A DNA stretch of 64,000 nucleotides from Candidatus Levyibacteriota bacterium (GTDB lineage Bacteria; Patescibacteriota; Microgenomatia; Levybacterales; UBA12049), in the NCBI GenBank assembly GCA_029260905.1, contig JAJDCH010000002.1:15546-79545 (forward strand). Reading direction: 5' to 3'. Shown piece by piece: positions 16,996 through 26,446 of this stretch. Numbering within the stretch: position 1 is the first letter of the stretch; each line of letters starts with the position of its first letter. The position numbers and the translations under genes are program-made. The notes beneath the pieces are model-generated. The model saw only the letters and a program-made list of their open reading frames with translations, was not told where the DNA came from and ran no database searches.

Positions 16996-18471
16996 ATGGA
17001 TAACAAAGATAAAAAAAATCAAACAGATTTCCCTCCAGTCGTAGCAGTTCTGGGTCATGTTGACCATGGAAAGACAACGCTTCTAGATGAAATAAGAAAA
17101 ACTTCAATTGCTGATCGTGAGAAGGGCGGTATTACGCAGGCAATAGGTGCATCACAAGTCGAGATAGAACATGATGGTGCAAAGAAAAAAATTACATTCA
17201 TTGACACACCTGGTCATGCAGCATTTACCAAAATGAGGGGAAGGGGTGCTCAAGCTGCTGATATTGGCATACTTGTTGTTTCTCTTGCAGATGGTCTTAA
17301 GCCCCAAACAGAAGAAAGTATAGAAATTATCAAAAAATCAGGCATACCATATATAGTTGCATTGACTAAGTCAGATCTGCCAGATCTTATTCCAGAAAAA
17401 GTAAAAAAACAACTTGCAGATGCAGGAGTTGCACTTGAGGGCTATGGCGGAGATGTACCGTATCTTGAGGTTTCAGCAAAGACCAGCTCCAATATAAAAG
17501 AGCTTTTAGATCTTGTCCTTCTTGTTTTTGATATGCATCACGCTTCAGATTATAAAGAAAAAATTTCCAGCTCTAGTCCGCTTGAGGCAGTTGTGATTGA
17601 GTCCAGGCTTGATATAAGATCAGGTCCGAAAGCAACAGTGGTTGTCAAAAACGGTACATTAAACGTGCGGGAGGCAGTGCAGGTTGATGGTGAGGTTTTC
17701 AAGATCAGATCCCTCATTGATGCTTTTGGAAAACAAGCTCAATCTACAACAGTAGGAGAGGCAGTTGAGATTCTTGGTTTTTCAAAGGCTCCAACAGTTG
17801 GGAGTATAGTTAGTCATGAATCAAAAGCTGATGAAGCAAAAGAAAATGCAAAAGAACCAAAAGCTCCTTTGATGAAAGATTATAGTTACAAAAGACAAAA
17901 AGAACACAAAGGTCTTTCTTTGGTTGTTGTTGCTGATACGCTAGGGAGTCTTGAAGCTATTACTGCAGCTCTTCCCAAGGATGTTAAGCTGATATCCAGC
18001 AAAACAGGTGAGGTTTCTGAGGCAGATGTTATGCTTGCTAAATCAACAGGAAGTATTCTTATTAGTTTTAATATCAAGCTTAAACCCAATATTCAAAAGC
18101 TTGCGATGGATGAGAAGATTTTGGCAAGGAACTATGAAATAATTTATGAACTTCTTGACGAAGTACATGATGCTCAGGAGGGAAAACTTCTTTCTCAAAT
18201 GGAAAAAATTTATGGTCAGGCAAAAATTTTGGCTAAGTTTCCATTTGATAAATCATTTGCTTTTGGTGTGGCAGTTACAGAGGGGAGACTTGCAAAAGGA
18301 GATAGAATCCGTTTTATGCGAGGTGAAGAGGTTGTAGGAGAAACAACAATCGCATCGCTGAGGGTTGGAAAAGATCAAGTTTCCAAGGTAGAATCTGGAA
18401 AAGAAGCAGGATTCGTGCCTGCAACACCTCTTGACATAATGGTTGGAGATATGATACTATCCCATAGTTAA
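16996..18471 (+). CDS. infB: translation initiation factor IF-2 (no N-terminal domain)
   Basis: PPVVAVLGHVDHGKTTLLD, GGITQ, DTPGHAAF..MRGRGA; follows nusA. Confidence 0.95.
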   Translation: MDNKDKKNQTDFPPVVAVLGHVDHGKTTLLDEIRKTSIADREKGGITQAIGASQVEIEHDGAKKKITFIDTPGHAAFTKMRGRGAQAADIGILVVSLADGLKPQTEESIEIIKKSGIPYIVALTKSDLPDLIPEKVKKQLADAGVALEGYGGDVPYLEVSAKTSSNIKELLDLVLLVFDMHHASDYKEKISSSSPLEAVVIESRLDIRSGPKATVVVKNGTLNVREAVQVDGEVFKIRSLIDAFGKQAQSTTVGEAVEILGFSKAPTVGSIVSHESKADEAKENAKEPKAPLMKDYSYKRQKEHKGLSLVVVADTLGSLEAITAALPKDVKLISSKTGEVSEADVMLAKSTGSILISFNIKLKPNIQKLAMDEKILARNYEIIYELLDEVHDAQEGKLLSQMEKIYGQAKILAKFPFDKSFAFGVAVTEGRLAKGDRIRFMRGEEVVGETTIASLRVGKDQVSKVESGKEAGFVPATPLDIMVGDMILSHS

Positions 18472-18473
18472 CT

Positions 18474-19568
18474 ATGGACAACAACATTATTCAGCAAATT
18501 AAAGAAATTGTTACAGGTGCAGGTAGCATCGGAATCACGGTTGGAAAAAATCCGACTGTGGACGACATGGCTGCTGCGCTTGGTCTTTATATAGCGCTTC
18601 AAAATGCCAATAAAAAAGTATTGGTTGCATCACCTACCGACCCTATAGTCGAGTTTTCTTCACTTGTCGGAGTCAACAAGATCACAAAGACCTTAAGCGG
18701 TACTGGTGGCGGATCTGGTGATTTGACTGTTTCTTTTCCATATGTTGAAGGAGAAATTGAAAAAGTTTCATATACGACAGAGGAGGGATATTTAAATATA
18801 ATCGTTAAGGCATCACAACAAGGACTTTCATTCAGTGAGCAGGATGTGAGATTTCAAAGAGGTGGAGGAGAAAAGCTTGATGCTGTATTTGTGATCGGTG
18901 CTGCCTATCTGTCGGAGGTAGAAAGCGTTTTTGATACTCAGGATCTTGATATTAAAATTATTAATGTTGACAAAAGAGCTACAAATGAGGGATATGGTGA
19001 TATCGTTGATGTCATCCTACAGCTTTCATCAGTAAGCGAAGAGGTCGCAAGACTTGTTCTTTCAATGGGTATTCAGATGGATCAGGATGCAGCACAAAAT
19101 TTCATGACTGGAATTTCAGATGCGACCAAGAATTTTCAGAGTCCGCAGACATCATCTCTTGCTTTTGAGGTGGCAGGAAATCTGATGAAAAAAGGAGCAG
19201 TTAGAGCTCGTGAGACTATTGAGGGTACAGATCTTCAAAGAGCCAGACAAGACCTCTCAGATTTGACAAAAAAACAAGTCGGAGTAATGCAGGACAGTCC
19301 TGTTCAGGAGCCATCAGTTACAACACAGCCTCAAGTAAGACCACAGCCTTTGCAGAGTTCTCAACCTCAGGCAAGACTTCAGCAACAGGCAGCACCAACT
19401 GGTCAGGATTTGCCAAGAACCGCTCCTGTCAGACAGCCTCAAACACGACAACCACAACCAGCAAGAACTCAGCCAACGAAAGATCAGGGATTTGCAAATG
19501 ACGATCAAGATGCGCCAGATGACTGGCTGACTCCAAAAGTCTACAAAGGCTCAACTGATGTAAACTAA
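18474..19568 (+). CDS. degenerate DHH/NrnA-like phosphoesterase-fold protein with a Q/P-rich tail
   Basis: Occupies the nrnA position after infB. NPTVDD..AALGL, IINVDKR..NEGYG, SSVSE and GISDATKNF are vestiges of DHH-family motifs. Confidence 0.65.
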   Translation: MDNNIIQQIKEIVTGAGSIGITVGKNPTVDDMAAALGLYIALQNANKKVLVASPTDPIVEFSSLVGVNKITKTLSGTGGGSGDLTVSFPYVEGEIEKVSYTTEEGYLNIIVKASQQGLSFSEQDVRFQRGGGEKLDAVFVIGAAYLSEVESVFDTQDLDIKIINVDKRATNEGYGDIVDVILQLSSVSEEVARLVLSMGIQMDQDAAQNFMTGISDATKNFQSPQTSSLAFEVAGNLMKKGAVRARETIEGTDLQRARQDLSDLTKKQVGVMQDSPVQEPSVTTQPQVRPQPLQSSQPQARLQQQAAPTGQDLPRTAPVRQPQTRQPQPARTQPTKDQGFANDDQDAPDDWLTPKVYKGSTDVN

Positions 19569-19570
19569 AT

Positions 19571-20143
19571 ATGACAATAAAAGAAGCTGAAAATTTAAAA
19601 CAATTTAGCACCGAAGGATATATTGCTGATTCTCAACAAAGAATCAGTTATCTGACAGTACTCTTGGGAAACAATGGTGTTGATACGCAAGAAAGTGAGA
19701 GAAAAAAAGGAATCATTGCAAACACTACAAGAAAGCCTGGTCTGGTCGGAGAATTTTTTACAAACTTTGGTTATTCTCCTGCAACAGGGCTTGGTCAGTT
19801 GGTTCAGTTATTGGATTTTAAAAGAGAAGTAGCAAGCGAAGCGGGTAGAAGAGCTGGAAATTTAAATTTCTTGGAAGATAAAATTGCAAGGCAAGGATTA
19901 GACGAGGTTTTTGAGTTGCAAAATGATATAGGAAAAATTATTGAGGAAATTGGTAAAGAGGTGTTTGGAGAAGAAAAAGCAGGATCAGAGATCAGGGGAT
20001 TGGAATCTATCTTTTTTGCGCATCTTGATACTGATACTTATAATTCTTCTCAAAAGATTGAAGGGAGAAAAAAAGATAGAGACAGCCAGCTTAATAATCT
20101 TGTTGGTAGAATAAGGGATGAATATCCTCTTACAAGTAGATAA
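19571..20143 (+). CDS. hypothetical protein
   Basis: 190-aa ORF starting 2 nt after the previous stop; no recognisable motif. Confidence 0.6.
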   Translation: MTIKEAENLKQFSTEGYIADSQQRISYLTVLLGNNGVDTQESERKKGIIANTTRKPGLVGEFFTNFGYSPATGLGQLVQLLDFKREVASEAGRRAGNLNFLEDKIARQGLDEVFELQNDIGKIIEEIGKEVFGEEKAGSEIRGLESIFFAHLDTDTYNSSQKIEGRKKDRDSQLNNLVGRIRDEYPLTSR

Positions 20144-20151
20144 TCTCACTC

Positions 20152-20180
20152 TTGTTATAAAAATCCAAACCTGCTATAAT
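20152..20180 (+). promoter_or_regulatory. sigma70 promoter of rpsO-pnp
   Basis: TTGTTA, 17 nt, TGc-TATAAT. Confidence 0.6.
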
Positions 20181-20213
20181 ACATGAAGATTTAAGAAAGA
20201 TAAGAAGTAAGTT

Positions 20214-20483
20214 ATGCCGCTAAGTACTACGCAGAAACAAGAAGTAATCAAAGAATACCAGACAGCAAAGGGTGACACCGGTTCGCCAGAGGTGCAGATT
20301 GCGCTCCTAACAACCAGAATCACAAAGCTTTCTGAGCATCTTAAAGAACATGCTCATGATGTTCATTCCAGACGCGGACTTCTCTCAATGATTGCAAAAA
20401 GACGAAGACTTATTAATTTTTTGAAAAAAGTTGATGATGAGAGAGTAAAAGAAATTGTAAAGAAAGTAGGAATTAAGGCTTAG
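20214..20483 (+). CDS. rpsO: 30S ribosomal protein S15
   Basis: DTGSPEVQIALLT, HDVHSRRGLL. Confidence 0.97.
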   Translation: MPLSTTQKQEVIKEYQTAKGDTGSPEVQIALLTTRITKLSEHLKEHAHDVHSRRGLLSMIAKRRRLINFLKKVDDERVKEIVKKVGIKA

Positions 20484-20570
20484 TTAGTATTTATACCTCA
20501 TTAGGAAATTGTTTCACGATCTGGTATAGTTAAATAGTTAGCTTCGAATTAGAAAGAAATTATTATATAA

Positions 20571-22946
20571 ATGAATAAAACTTCAGTAAGTATAGATTTT
20601 GCAGGTAAGACAATGCTCCTTGAAACAGGCGAATTGGCTCCTCAAGCAACAGCATCAATTTTGGCTCGCCTTGGCGATACGGTTGTGCTAGCAACAGTTG
20701 TTGTGGGCAATTTGAGGCCTGAAATTGATTATTTCCCGCTTAGCGTTGATTATGTTGAGAGACTTTATGCAGGTGGTAAAATCAAAGGAAGCCGTTGGGT
20801 AAAAAGAGAAGGTAGGCCATCAGATGAGGCAATTCTCGCAGGACGTGTGATTGATCGTTCGATCAGACCGCTTTTTCCAAAAGAGTTCAAGCAAGAAGTT
20901 CAGGTAATTGTAACCGTTCTTTCAGTTGATGCTGAAAATGAGCCAGATATATTGGCTCTAAATGCTGTTTCAGCTGCTCTTGCTATTTCAAAAGCTCCAT
21001 GGAATGGACCTATTGCAGGAGTCAGAATGGGTTATGTTGAAGAAAATGGAGATCAGGCAGCGCTTCTAGCAAATCCTACAACCAGCCAAGCAGAGCATTC
21101 AGTTTTGGATATTATAGTTTCACAAAGCAAGGAAAAGACTGTGATGATTGAGGCTGGTGCAATGCAAGTAACAGAAGATGTTGTTTATCAAGCAGTAGAA
21201 GCAGCACACATCGAAACAAGCAAGGTGCTTGATGGAATTGCAGAACTTGTTAAAAAAGTCGGACAGGAAAAACTCCCAGTCCCACAGGATCCACTTCTTG
21301 CAGAGGCTGTAGCGATATTTGAAAAATCATATACAGATGAGGTCAAAAAGCTAATTGAGATAAGAGTAGGTAAAGAAGGCGGAGGAAATGAGGCAGGAGA
21401 ATTAATTGAAAAGATTTATGAAGAGCTGAAGATGAAAGATCCAGAAACAGAGATGGATAAAAAGATTCTTTCAAAAGCTCTTGAAAAGGTGATGTTTAAG
21501 ATCATAAGAAGTGAAACCGTCAGTAAGAAAAAAAGAGCTGATGGTAGAGCGCTTGATGAAATTCGTGAGATAACTGGTGTGACAGGAATTCTTCCAAGAA
21601 CACATGGTTCAGCACTTTTTAACCGTGGTATAACCCAGGCTTTAAGCGTCGCAACTCTTGGTTCCCCTCGTCTTGAACAGTTGATCGAATCAGCTGAGGG
21701 CGAAGAGACAAAGAGATATATTCATCATTACTCAGGCATGCCATATTCTTTTGGTCAGGCTGGGCGTATGGGATTCACATCACGCCGTGAAATTGGACAT
21801 GGTGCTCTAGCTGAGCGTGCATTGATGGCTGTTATACCATCCCAAGAAGTATTTCCATATACCATTAGGGTTGTTTCTGAGGTTCTATCTCAAAATGGTT
21901 CCTCATCAATGGCTAGTACTTGTGGTTCAACACTTGCTCTTATGGATGCAGGTGTGCCAATCACAGCACCCGTTGCTGGTATTTCAGTTGGCATGATGTC
22001 AGATGATAAAGATTATGTTTTGATGACAGATATCATTGGCCTTGAGGATTTTTCAGGTGATATGGATTTCAAGGTAGCTGGAACTTCAAAAGGTATTACA
22101 GCAATACAGCTTGACGTGAAGATTCCAGGTCTTACTCTTAAGCAAGTTAAAGAAATTCTAGCTCAAGCAAAAGGCGCAAGGGCTCTGATTCTTGAAAAGA
22201 TGGAGAAGATTATTCCATCTTCAAAAAAAGCTGTTTCAGAATATGCTCCAAAGATTGAACAAATCAAGATACCTGTGGATAAGATTGGGGAGATTATTGG
22301 ACCGTCAGGTAAGAATATCAAGGCTATTATCGCTCAGACAGGAGCTGAGGTAAATGTAGATGATGATGGAACTGTAAGTATTTCAGCTGTTTCTCAGGAG
22401 TCAGTTCAGGCAGCTGTTGACTGGATTGGTGGAATGACAAGAGAGGTTGCAGTTGGGGAAGAATTTGAGGGAGAAGTGAAAAGAATATTGCCATTTGGAG
22501 CATTTGTTGAGTATCTTCCGGGGCGAGAGGGAATGGTTCATGTAAGTAAGATGAAAAGAGGCTTTGTCAAAGATCCATCAGAAGTTGTTGCAATTGGAGA
22601 TAAGGTTAGGATTAAGATTGAAGAGCGTGACCAGCAGGGAAGAATTAATTTAACAATGCTTCTTGATGGAGACGAACCATCAAGTGGTGGAGATAATGAA
22701 GATAAACAGCCTGATTCAAATCAGCCAGAGCCTGGAAATGAAAGATCTTTTAATTCTCGTTTGCCACGAGATTTTAACAGACGTGATTCTTCCCCCCAAA
22801 GAGCAAATAATTTTGACAGACCCGATAGATCAGAACACCCTCTTTCCAAGCAATTAAGACGAGAAAGTACAGAATCTCGCGGAGGATCAAGAGGCAGTAA
22901 ATTTGGTCCACGTAAATTTGGCCCCAAAAAACCCTTCAGTAGATAA
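20571..22946 (+). CDS. pnp: polyribonucleotide nucleotidyltransferase (PNPase)
   Basis: Two RNase PH domains (IDRSIRPLFP, RREIGHGALAE, GDMDFKVAG), KH and S1; follows rpsO. Confidence 0.97.
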   Translation: MNKTSVSIDFAGKTMLLETGELAPQATASILARLGDTVVLATVVVGNLRPEIDYFPLSVDYVERLYAGGKIKGSRWVKREGRPSDEAILAGRVIDRSIRPLFPKEFKQEVQVIVTVLSVDAENEPDILALNAVSAALAISKAPWNGPIAGVRMGYVEENGDQAALLANPTTSQAEHSVLDIIVSQSKEKTVMIEAGAMQVTEDVVYQAVEAAHIETSKVLDGIAELVKKVGQEKLPVPQDPLLAEAVAIFEKSYTDEVKKLIEIRVGKEGGGNEAGELIEKIYEELKMKDPETEMDKKILSKALEKVMFKIIRSETVSKKKRADGRALDEIREITGVTGILPRTHGSALFNRGITQALSVATLGSPRLEQLIESAEGEETKRYIHHYSGMPYSFGQAGRMGFTSRREIGHGALAERALMAVIPSQEVFPYTIRVVSEVLSQNGSSSMASTCGSTLALMDAGVPITAPVAGISVGMMSDDKDYVLMTDIIGLEDFSGDMDFKVAGTSKGITAIQLDVKIPGLTLKQVKEILAQAKGARALILEKMEKIIPSSKKAVSEYAPKIEQIKIPVDKIGEIIGPSGKNIKAIIAQTGAEVNVDDDGTVSISAVSQESVQAAVDWIGGMTREVAVGEEFEGEVKRILPFGAFVEYLPGREGMVHVSKMKRGFVKDPSEVVAIGDKVRIKIEERDQQGRINLTMLLDGDEPSSGGDNEDKQPDSNQPEPGNERSFNSRLPRDFNRRDSSPQRANNFDRPDRSEHPLSKQLRRESTESRGGSRGSKFGPRKFGPKKPFSR

Positions 22947-23271
22947 GTAAGAACATGCAGATATTTTAAATAGACTGCATCTCTCGCGCAGGAGACCGAC
23001 TATTCGATTTTAGTGAATCTTTAGCGACTAAAGTTTTGAATTGAAAGTTACTGTAGGATTATTCAACATTCAGGCTCAAGAATATAAATAGATTTTGTTT
23101 AAATTGGAGTAAATTCTCGAATCTATTTATGTCCAGTATACCTGTATACTAGTCATAATATCAATAGTTGGCTTTTTGTACTAGTTTTAGTTTTGATTTA
23201 TTGTTTAGTTTTTAAATATTAGCTTTTAAATAATTCTTTCCAATAGGTCTTTAATGTTGTAAGATAGATCT

Positions 23272-24606
23272 ATGGATCCAACTGCCCAAAATCCACAAAA
23301 TCCTGCAGGCGCGACCACAGCTCAAACACCGCAACAGCCAACACCTGAGGAGCAGGCTGCTGCAGGGAGGGGAGATGCAGCACCTATTCAAAATAGCACT
23401 GTTCAGGCGCAAAACTCATCTGAGGCTGAGGCTTTGAGTAAGGTTGCATCTGTTAATTCTGCACAAATGATAAATAACGATAAGACTCAATTTGAGGCCA
23501 ATCAGGCGCAAAATAGCACGAACACACCAGTAACTGATCATGGAAGATCTTCTGATCAGATCCGCGTGCTTGGTGAAAAAATTGAAAAAGCAGCAATTCC
23601 TGAGGATTTCAAAAAAGAACTGCTTGATCGTATTTCACGGCTTGCAATGATAAGATCAAGCGCCGGTTTTCTTAGCTCAACCTACATAATGGAGTATGAA
23701 TCAACCAATAGATTTGTTAATTGGGTTCTTAGTCTTCCGTGGGGCAAGAAAAGTGAGGACGTGCTTGATCTCAACCGCGCCAAGGAGTGGATGGATAAAA
23801 ATCACTATGGACTTGAGCCGCTTAAACAAAGAGTGCTGGAGTATATAGCATCACTAATGTTAAATATCAAGAATTATGGTCAGACAGAAAATGTAATAAA
23901 GGCGCCAATTCTTTGCATAGTAGGTCTTGCCGGAACTGGTAAAACGACTTTTGCAAGATCTCTTGCTGGAGCCTTAGGTAGAGAGTTTGAGCGTATTCCA
24001 TTTGGAGGTATGGCTGATTCGCGCGTATTGAGAGGTCAGTCGCGTTATTTTCCTGATGCAGAACCTGGACAAGTTATGAAGAGACTTGCAAAGGCGGGTA
24101 CTAATAATCCTGTTATTCTTCTTGATGAGTTGGATCGTGTAACTGATACAGCAAGAGCTGATATCATGGGTGTTCTTATTGAGATACTTGATCCGGAACA
24201 AAACGCCAGATTTACTGATCATTACATAGACTATCCATTTAGCTTGCAAAACGTTTTATTTGTCGCAACAGCAAATAATGTCAGCAGTGTTTCAACTGCC
24301 GTTCTTGACCGTTTAGAAATAATACAAATGCCATCATACAATGATGAAGAAAAAACAGTTATCGGACGGGATTTTGTGTTGCCAAAGACAATGCAAACAA
24401 CTGGTCTTAAGCCTGAGCAGATGACTATTGATCCTGCTGTTTGGGAAGGGTTGGTGCGTCCTCTTGGTTATGATCCTGGTGTCCGTGGACTTGAGCGGGT
24501 CATAACTGGAATGTGTAGAAAAGCTGCGAAAATAATCATATCTGGTCAGGCGCAATCAGTTGTCATAAATAACGAAAATGTGAAACAGTTTTTGCCTGAG
24601 TGGTAA
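23272..24606 (+). CDS. Lon-type AAA+ module without the protease domain or the LON N-domain
   Basis: LPW, HYGLEPLKQRVLEY, PILCIVGLAGTGKT, NPVILLDELD, LDPEQNARFTDHY, LDRLEII, GVRGLER. The ORF stops where the Ser-Lys peptidase domain would start. Confidence 0.85.
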   Translation: MDPTAQNPQNPAGATTAQTPQQPTPEEQAAAGRGDAAPIQNSTVQAQNSSEAEALSKVASVNSAQMINNDKTQFEANQAQNSTNTPVTDHGRSSDQIRVLGEKIEKAAIPEDFKKELLDRISRLAMIRSSAGFLSSTYIMEYESTNRFVNWVLSLPWGKKSEDVLDLNRAKEWMDKNHYGLEPLKQRVLEYIASLMLNIKNYGQTENVIKAPILCIVGLAGTGKTTFARSLAGALGREFERIPFGGMADSRVLRGQSRYFPDAEPGQVMKRLAKAGTNNPVILLDELDRVTDTARADIMGVLIEILDPEQNARFTDHYIDYPFSLQNVLFVATANNVSSVSTAVLDRLEIIQMPSYNDEEKTVIGRDFVLPKTMQTTGLKPEQMTIDPAVWEGLVRPLGYDPGVRGLERVITGMCRKAAKIIISGQAQSVVINNENVKQFLPEW

Positions 24607-24680
24607 TTTAGCCATAGCTTAGAGCATATAGCTTGTGGCATATAGAAATCCATAAGCCATACACTCTTTGCTCTAAGTAA
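24607..24680. repeat. heptamer-built intergenic inverted repeat
   Basis: CTTAGAGCA/TGCTCTAAG outer arms, with imperfect inner ATAGCTTGTGG/CCATAAGCCAT. Confidence 0.55.
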
Positions 24681-24703
24681 TAAATAAGCTATACTTATAT
24701 CCA

Positions 24704-26410
24704 ATGGATGAACAAAACACACAACCCTCTCCAATATCCCCTCCTGACTCAGTTTCTTTTATAGCCCTTGGTGGATTGGAAGATGTGACTCGCAATTTGT
24801 ATCTTTATGAATACAAAGATCAGATACTTATAGTTGATTGTGGTATCGGATTTCCGGATGAGACGATGCTTGGGGTTGATCTTTTTCTCCCAGATATTAC
24901 TTATCTTCAAGAGCTTATAAAAAATAAAAATAAAAAAATTGTCGGTATGCTTCTGACGCATGGACATGAAGACCATATCGGCGGAGTGCCATTTATCTTG
25001 CCACAGTTAAATCAGGACTTTCCTATTTATGCATCACCTTTTACAGCGCGTCTTACCAATGAAAAACTTAAGGAATTTCATCTCCCAGAGATTGTGAAAA
25101 CAGTTAAATTTGAGGATGGAGATGTACGGATTGGGGATTTCACAGCCACGTTTATACGTGTTACTCATTCGGTTCCTGATAGCGCTAATTTTTTTATTAG
25201 AACTCCAGTCGGGAATTTTTTTCACGGAAGTGATTTTAAATTTGATCTCACTCCACATGATGGGAAAAGGACTGAATTTAATAAAATAATGAAAGCCTCA
25301 ACTGAAGGGGTTTTGTGTCTGATGACAGACTGTCTTGGGACAGAAAGAGAAGGACACAGCCCATCAGAGGAAGGGCTTGAGAAGAGCTTTGAAAGAGAGA
25401 TGAAGGACTGTACTGGCAAGTTCATTATCACTACTTATTCATCAAATGTAGCGCGTCTCAATCAGGCGATAGAAGCAGCAGAAAAAACAGGAAGAAAAGT
25501 TTGTTTTGTTGGAAGATCAGTTATCAAGGTTGCCCAAATTGCAGAAGAGATGGGTTATCTGAAAATAAAAAAAGGAACAGAGGTTGGGATAAATGATTTG
25601 AAAAATTATAAACCATCACAACTTCTTCTTTTTGTTGCCGGGTCTCAGGGACAGGATAATTCGTCAATGACAAGAATTGCTAACAATGAACACAAGGAGA
25701 TAAAACTTGGTAGAGAAGATCTCGTTGTTTTTTCATCAGATATTATCCCTGGTAATGAGCTGGCAGTAAGCGCTCTCTCAAACACTATTTCAAAAAGAGG
25801 AACAGCAGTTCTTGGTCTTTATAATCGTGGTAATTTTCATGTCTCTGGTCATGGATCACAAGGCGATCATAGACTTATGATGTCTTTGATTAAGCCCAAA
25901 TACATTCTGCCGATAAGTGGCACTTATAAACACATGGTTTTTTATAAAGACTTAGCCAAGAAAATGGGTTATGGCAACAAAGACACTATTCTTATAGAAA
26001 ACGGACAAATTATGCATTTTGGAAAAAATGGGTATCAATATGGAAAAAAGATCGAGACAAAAAATGTTTTTGTTGATCAGGTCTCAGGTGAGGAAGTGGA
26101 GCATTATGTGGTGCGTGATAGGGAAAAATTGGCAAAAGAAGGCGTGGTCATCGTCATGGCTGAGGTCAGGGGAGCGGACGGTCAGCTGGTTGACAGGCCT
26201 GAGATAATTGCTAGGGGCTCATCAGTTGGCGGCTTGAAGGATTTTTCTGGTGATTTGATGAAGGAGATTGTGCGTGATCTTTCTAATAAAAAGGAAAAGG
26301 TAACGAATTGGGCGCATATAAGACATATTATAGGAGATACAGCGCAGAAACAAATTTATCGTAAATTCCGCTCTCGCCCCCTCGTTTTACCTGTTATTAT
26401 AGAGGTCTGA
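24704..26410 (+). CDS. rnj: ribonuclease J
   Basis: ALGGLEDVTRN, THGHEDHIGG, HSVPD, GSQG, HVSGH, RPLVLPVIIEV. Confidence 0.96.
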   Translation: MDEQNTQPSPISPPDSVSFIALGGLEDVTRNLYLYEYKDQILIVDCGIGFPDETMLGVDLFLPDITYLQELIKNKNKKIVGMLLTHGHEDHIGGVPFILPQLNQDFPIYASPFTARLTNEKLKEFHLPEIVKTVKFEDGDVRIGDFTATFIRVTHSVPDSANFFIRTPVGNFFHGSDFKFDLTPHDGKRTEFNKIMKASTEGVLCLMTDCLGTEREGHSPSEEGLEKSFEREMKDCTGKFIITTYSSNVARLNQAIEAAEKTGRKVCFVGRSVIKVAQIAEEMGYLKIKKGTEVGINDLKNYKPSQLLLFVAGSQGQDNSSMTRIANNEHKEIKLGREDLVVFSSDIIPGNELAVSALSNTISKRGTAVLGLYNRGNFHVSGHGSQGDHRLMMSLIKPKYILPISGTYKHMVFYKDLAKKMGYGNKDTILIENGQIMHFGKNGYQYGKKIETKNVFVDQVSGEEVEHYVVRDREKLAKEGVVIVMAEVRGADGQLVDRPEIIARGSSVGGLKDFSGDLMKEIVRDLSNKKEKVTNWAHIRHIIGDTAQKQIYRKFRSRPLVLPVIIEV

Positions 26411-26411
26411 C

Positions 26412-26440
26412 TTGACAACTATAGGATTTTCTGTTATAAT
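26412..26440 (+). promoter_or_regulatory. perfect-consensus sigma70 promoter, probably giving a leaderless mRNA
   Basis: TTGACA, 17 nt, TATAAT with TG extension; the ATG is 6 nt downstream. Confidence 0.75.
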
Positions 26441-26446
26441 CCCCGC

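Noticed and set aside
16996-18471. Short IF2 (and short AlaRS at 38554-40401) as pseudogenes
   Set aside because: Catalytic motifs are intact and the reading frames are clean; compact forms are expected in reduced genomes.
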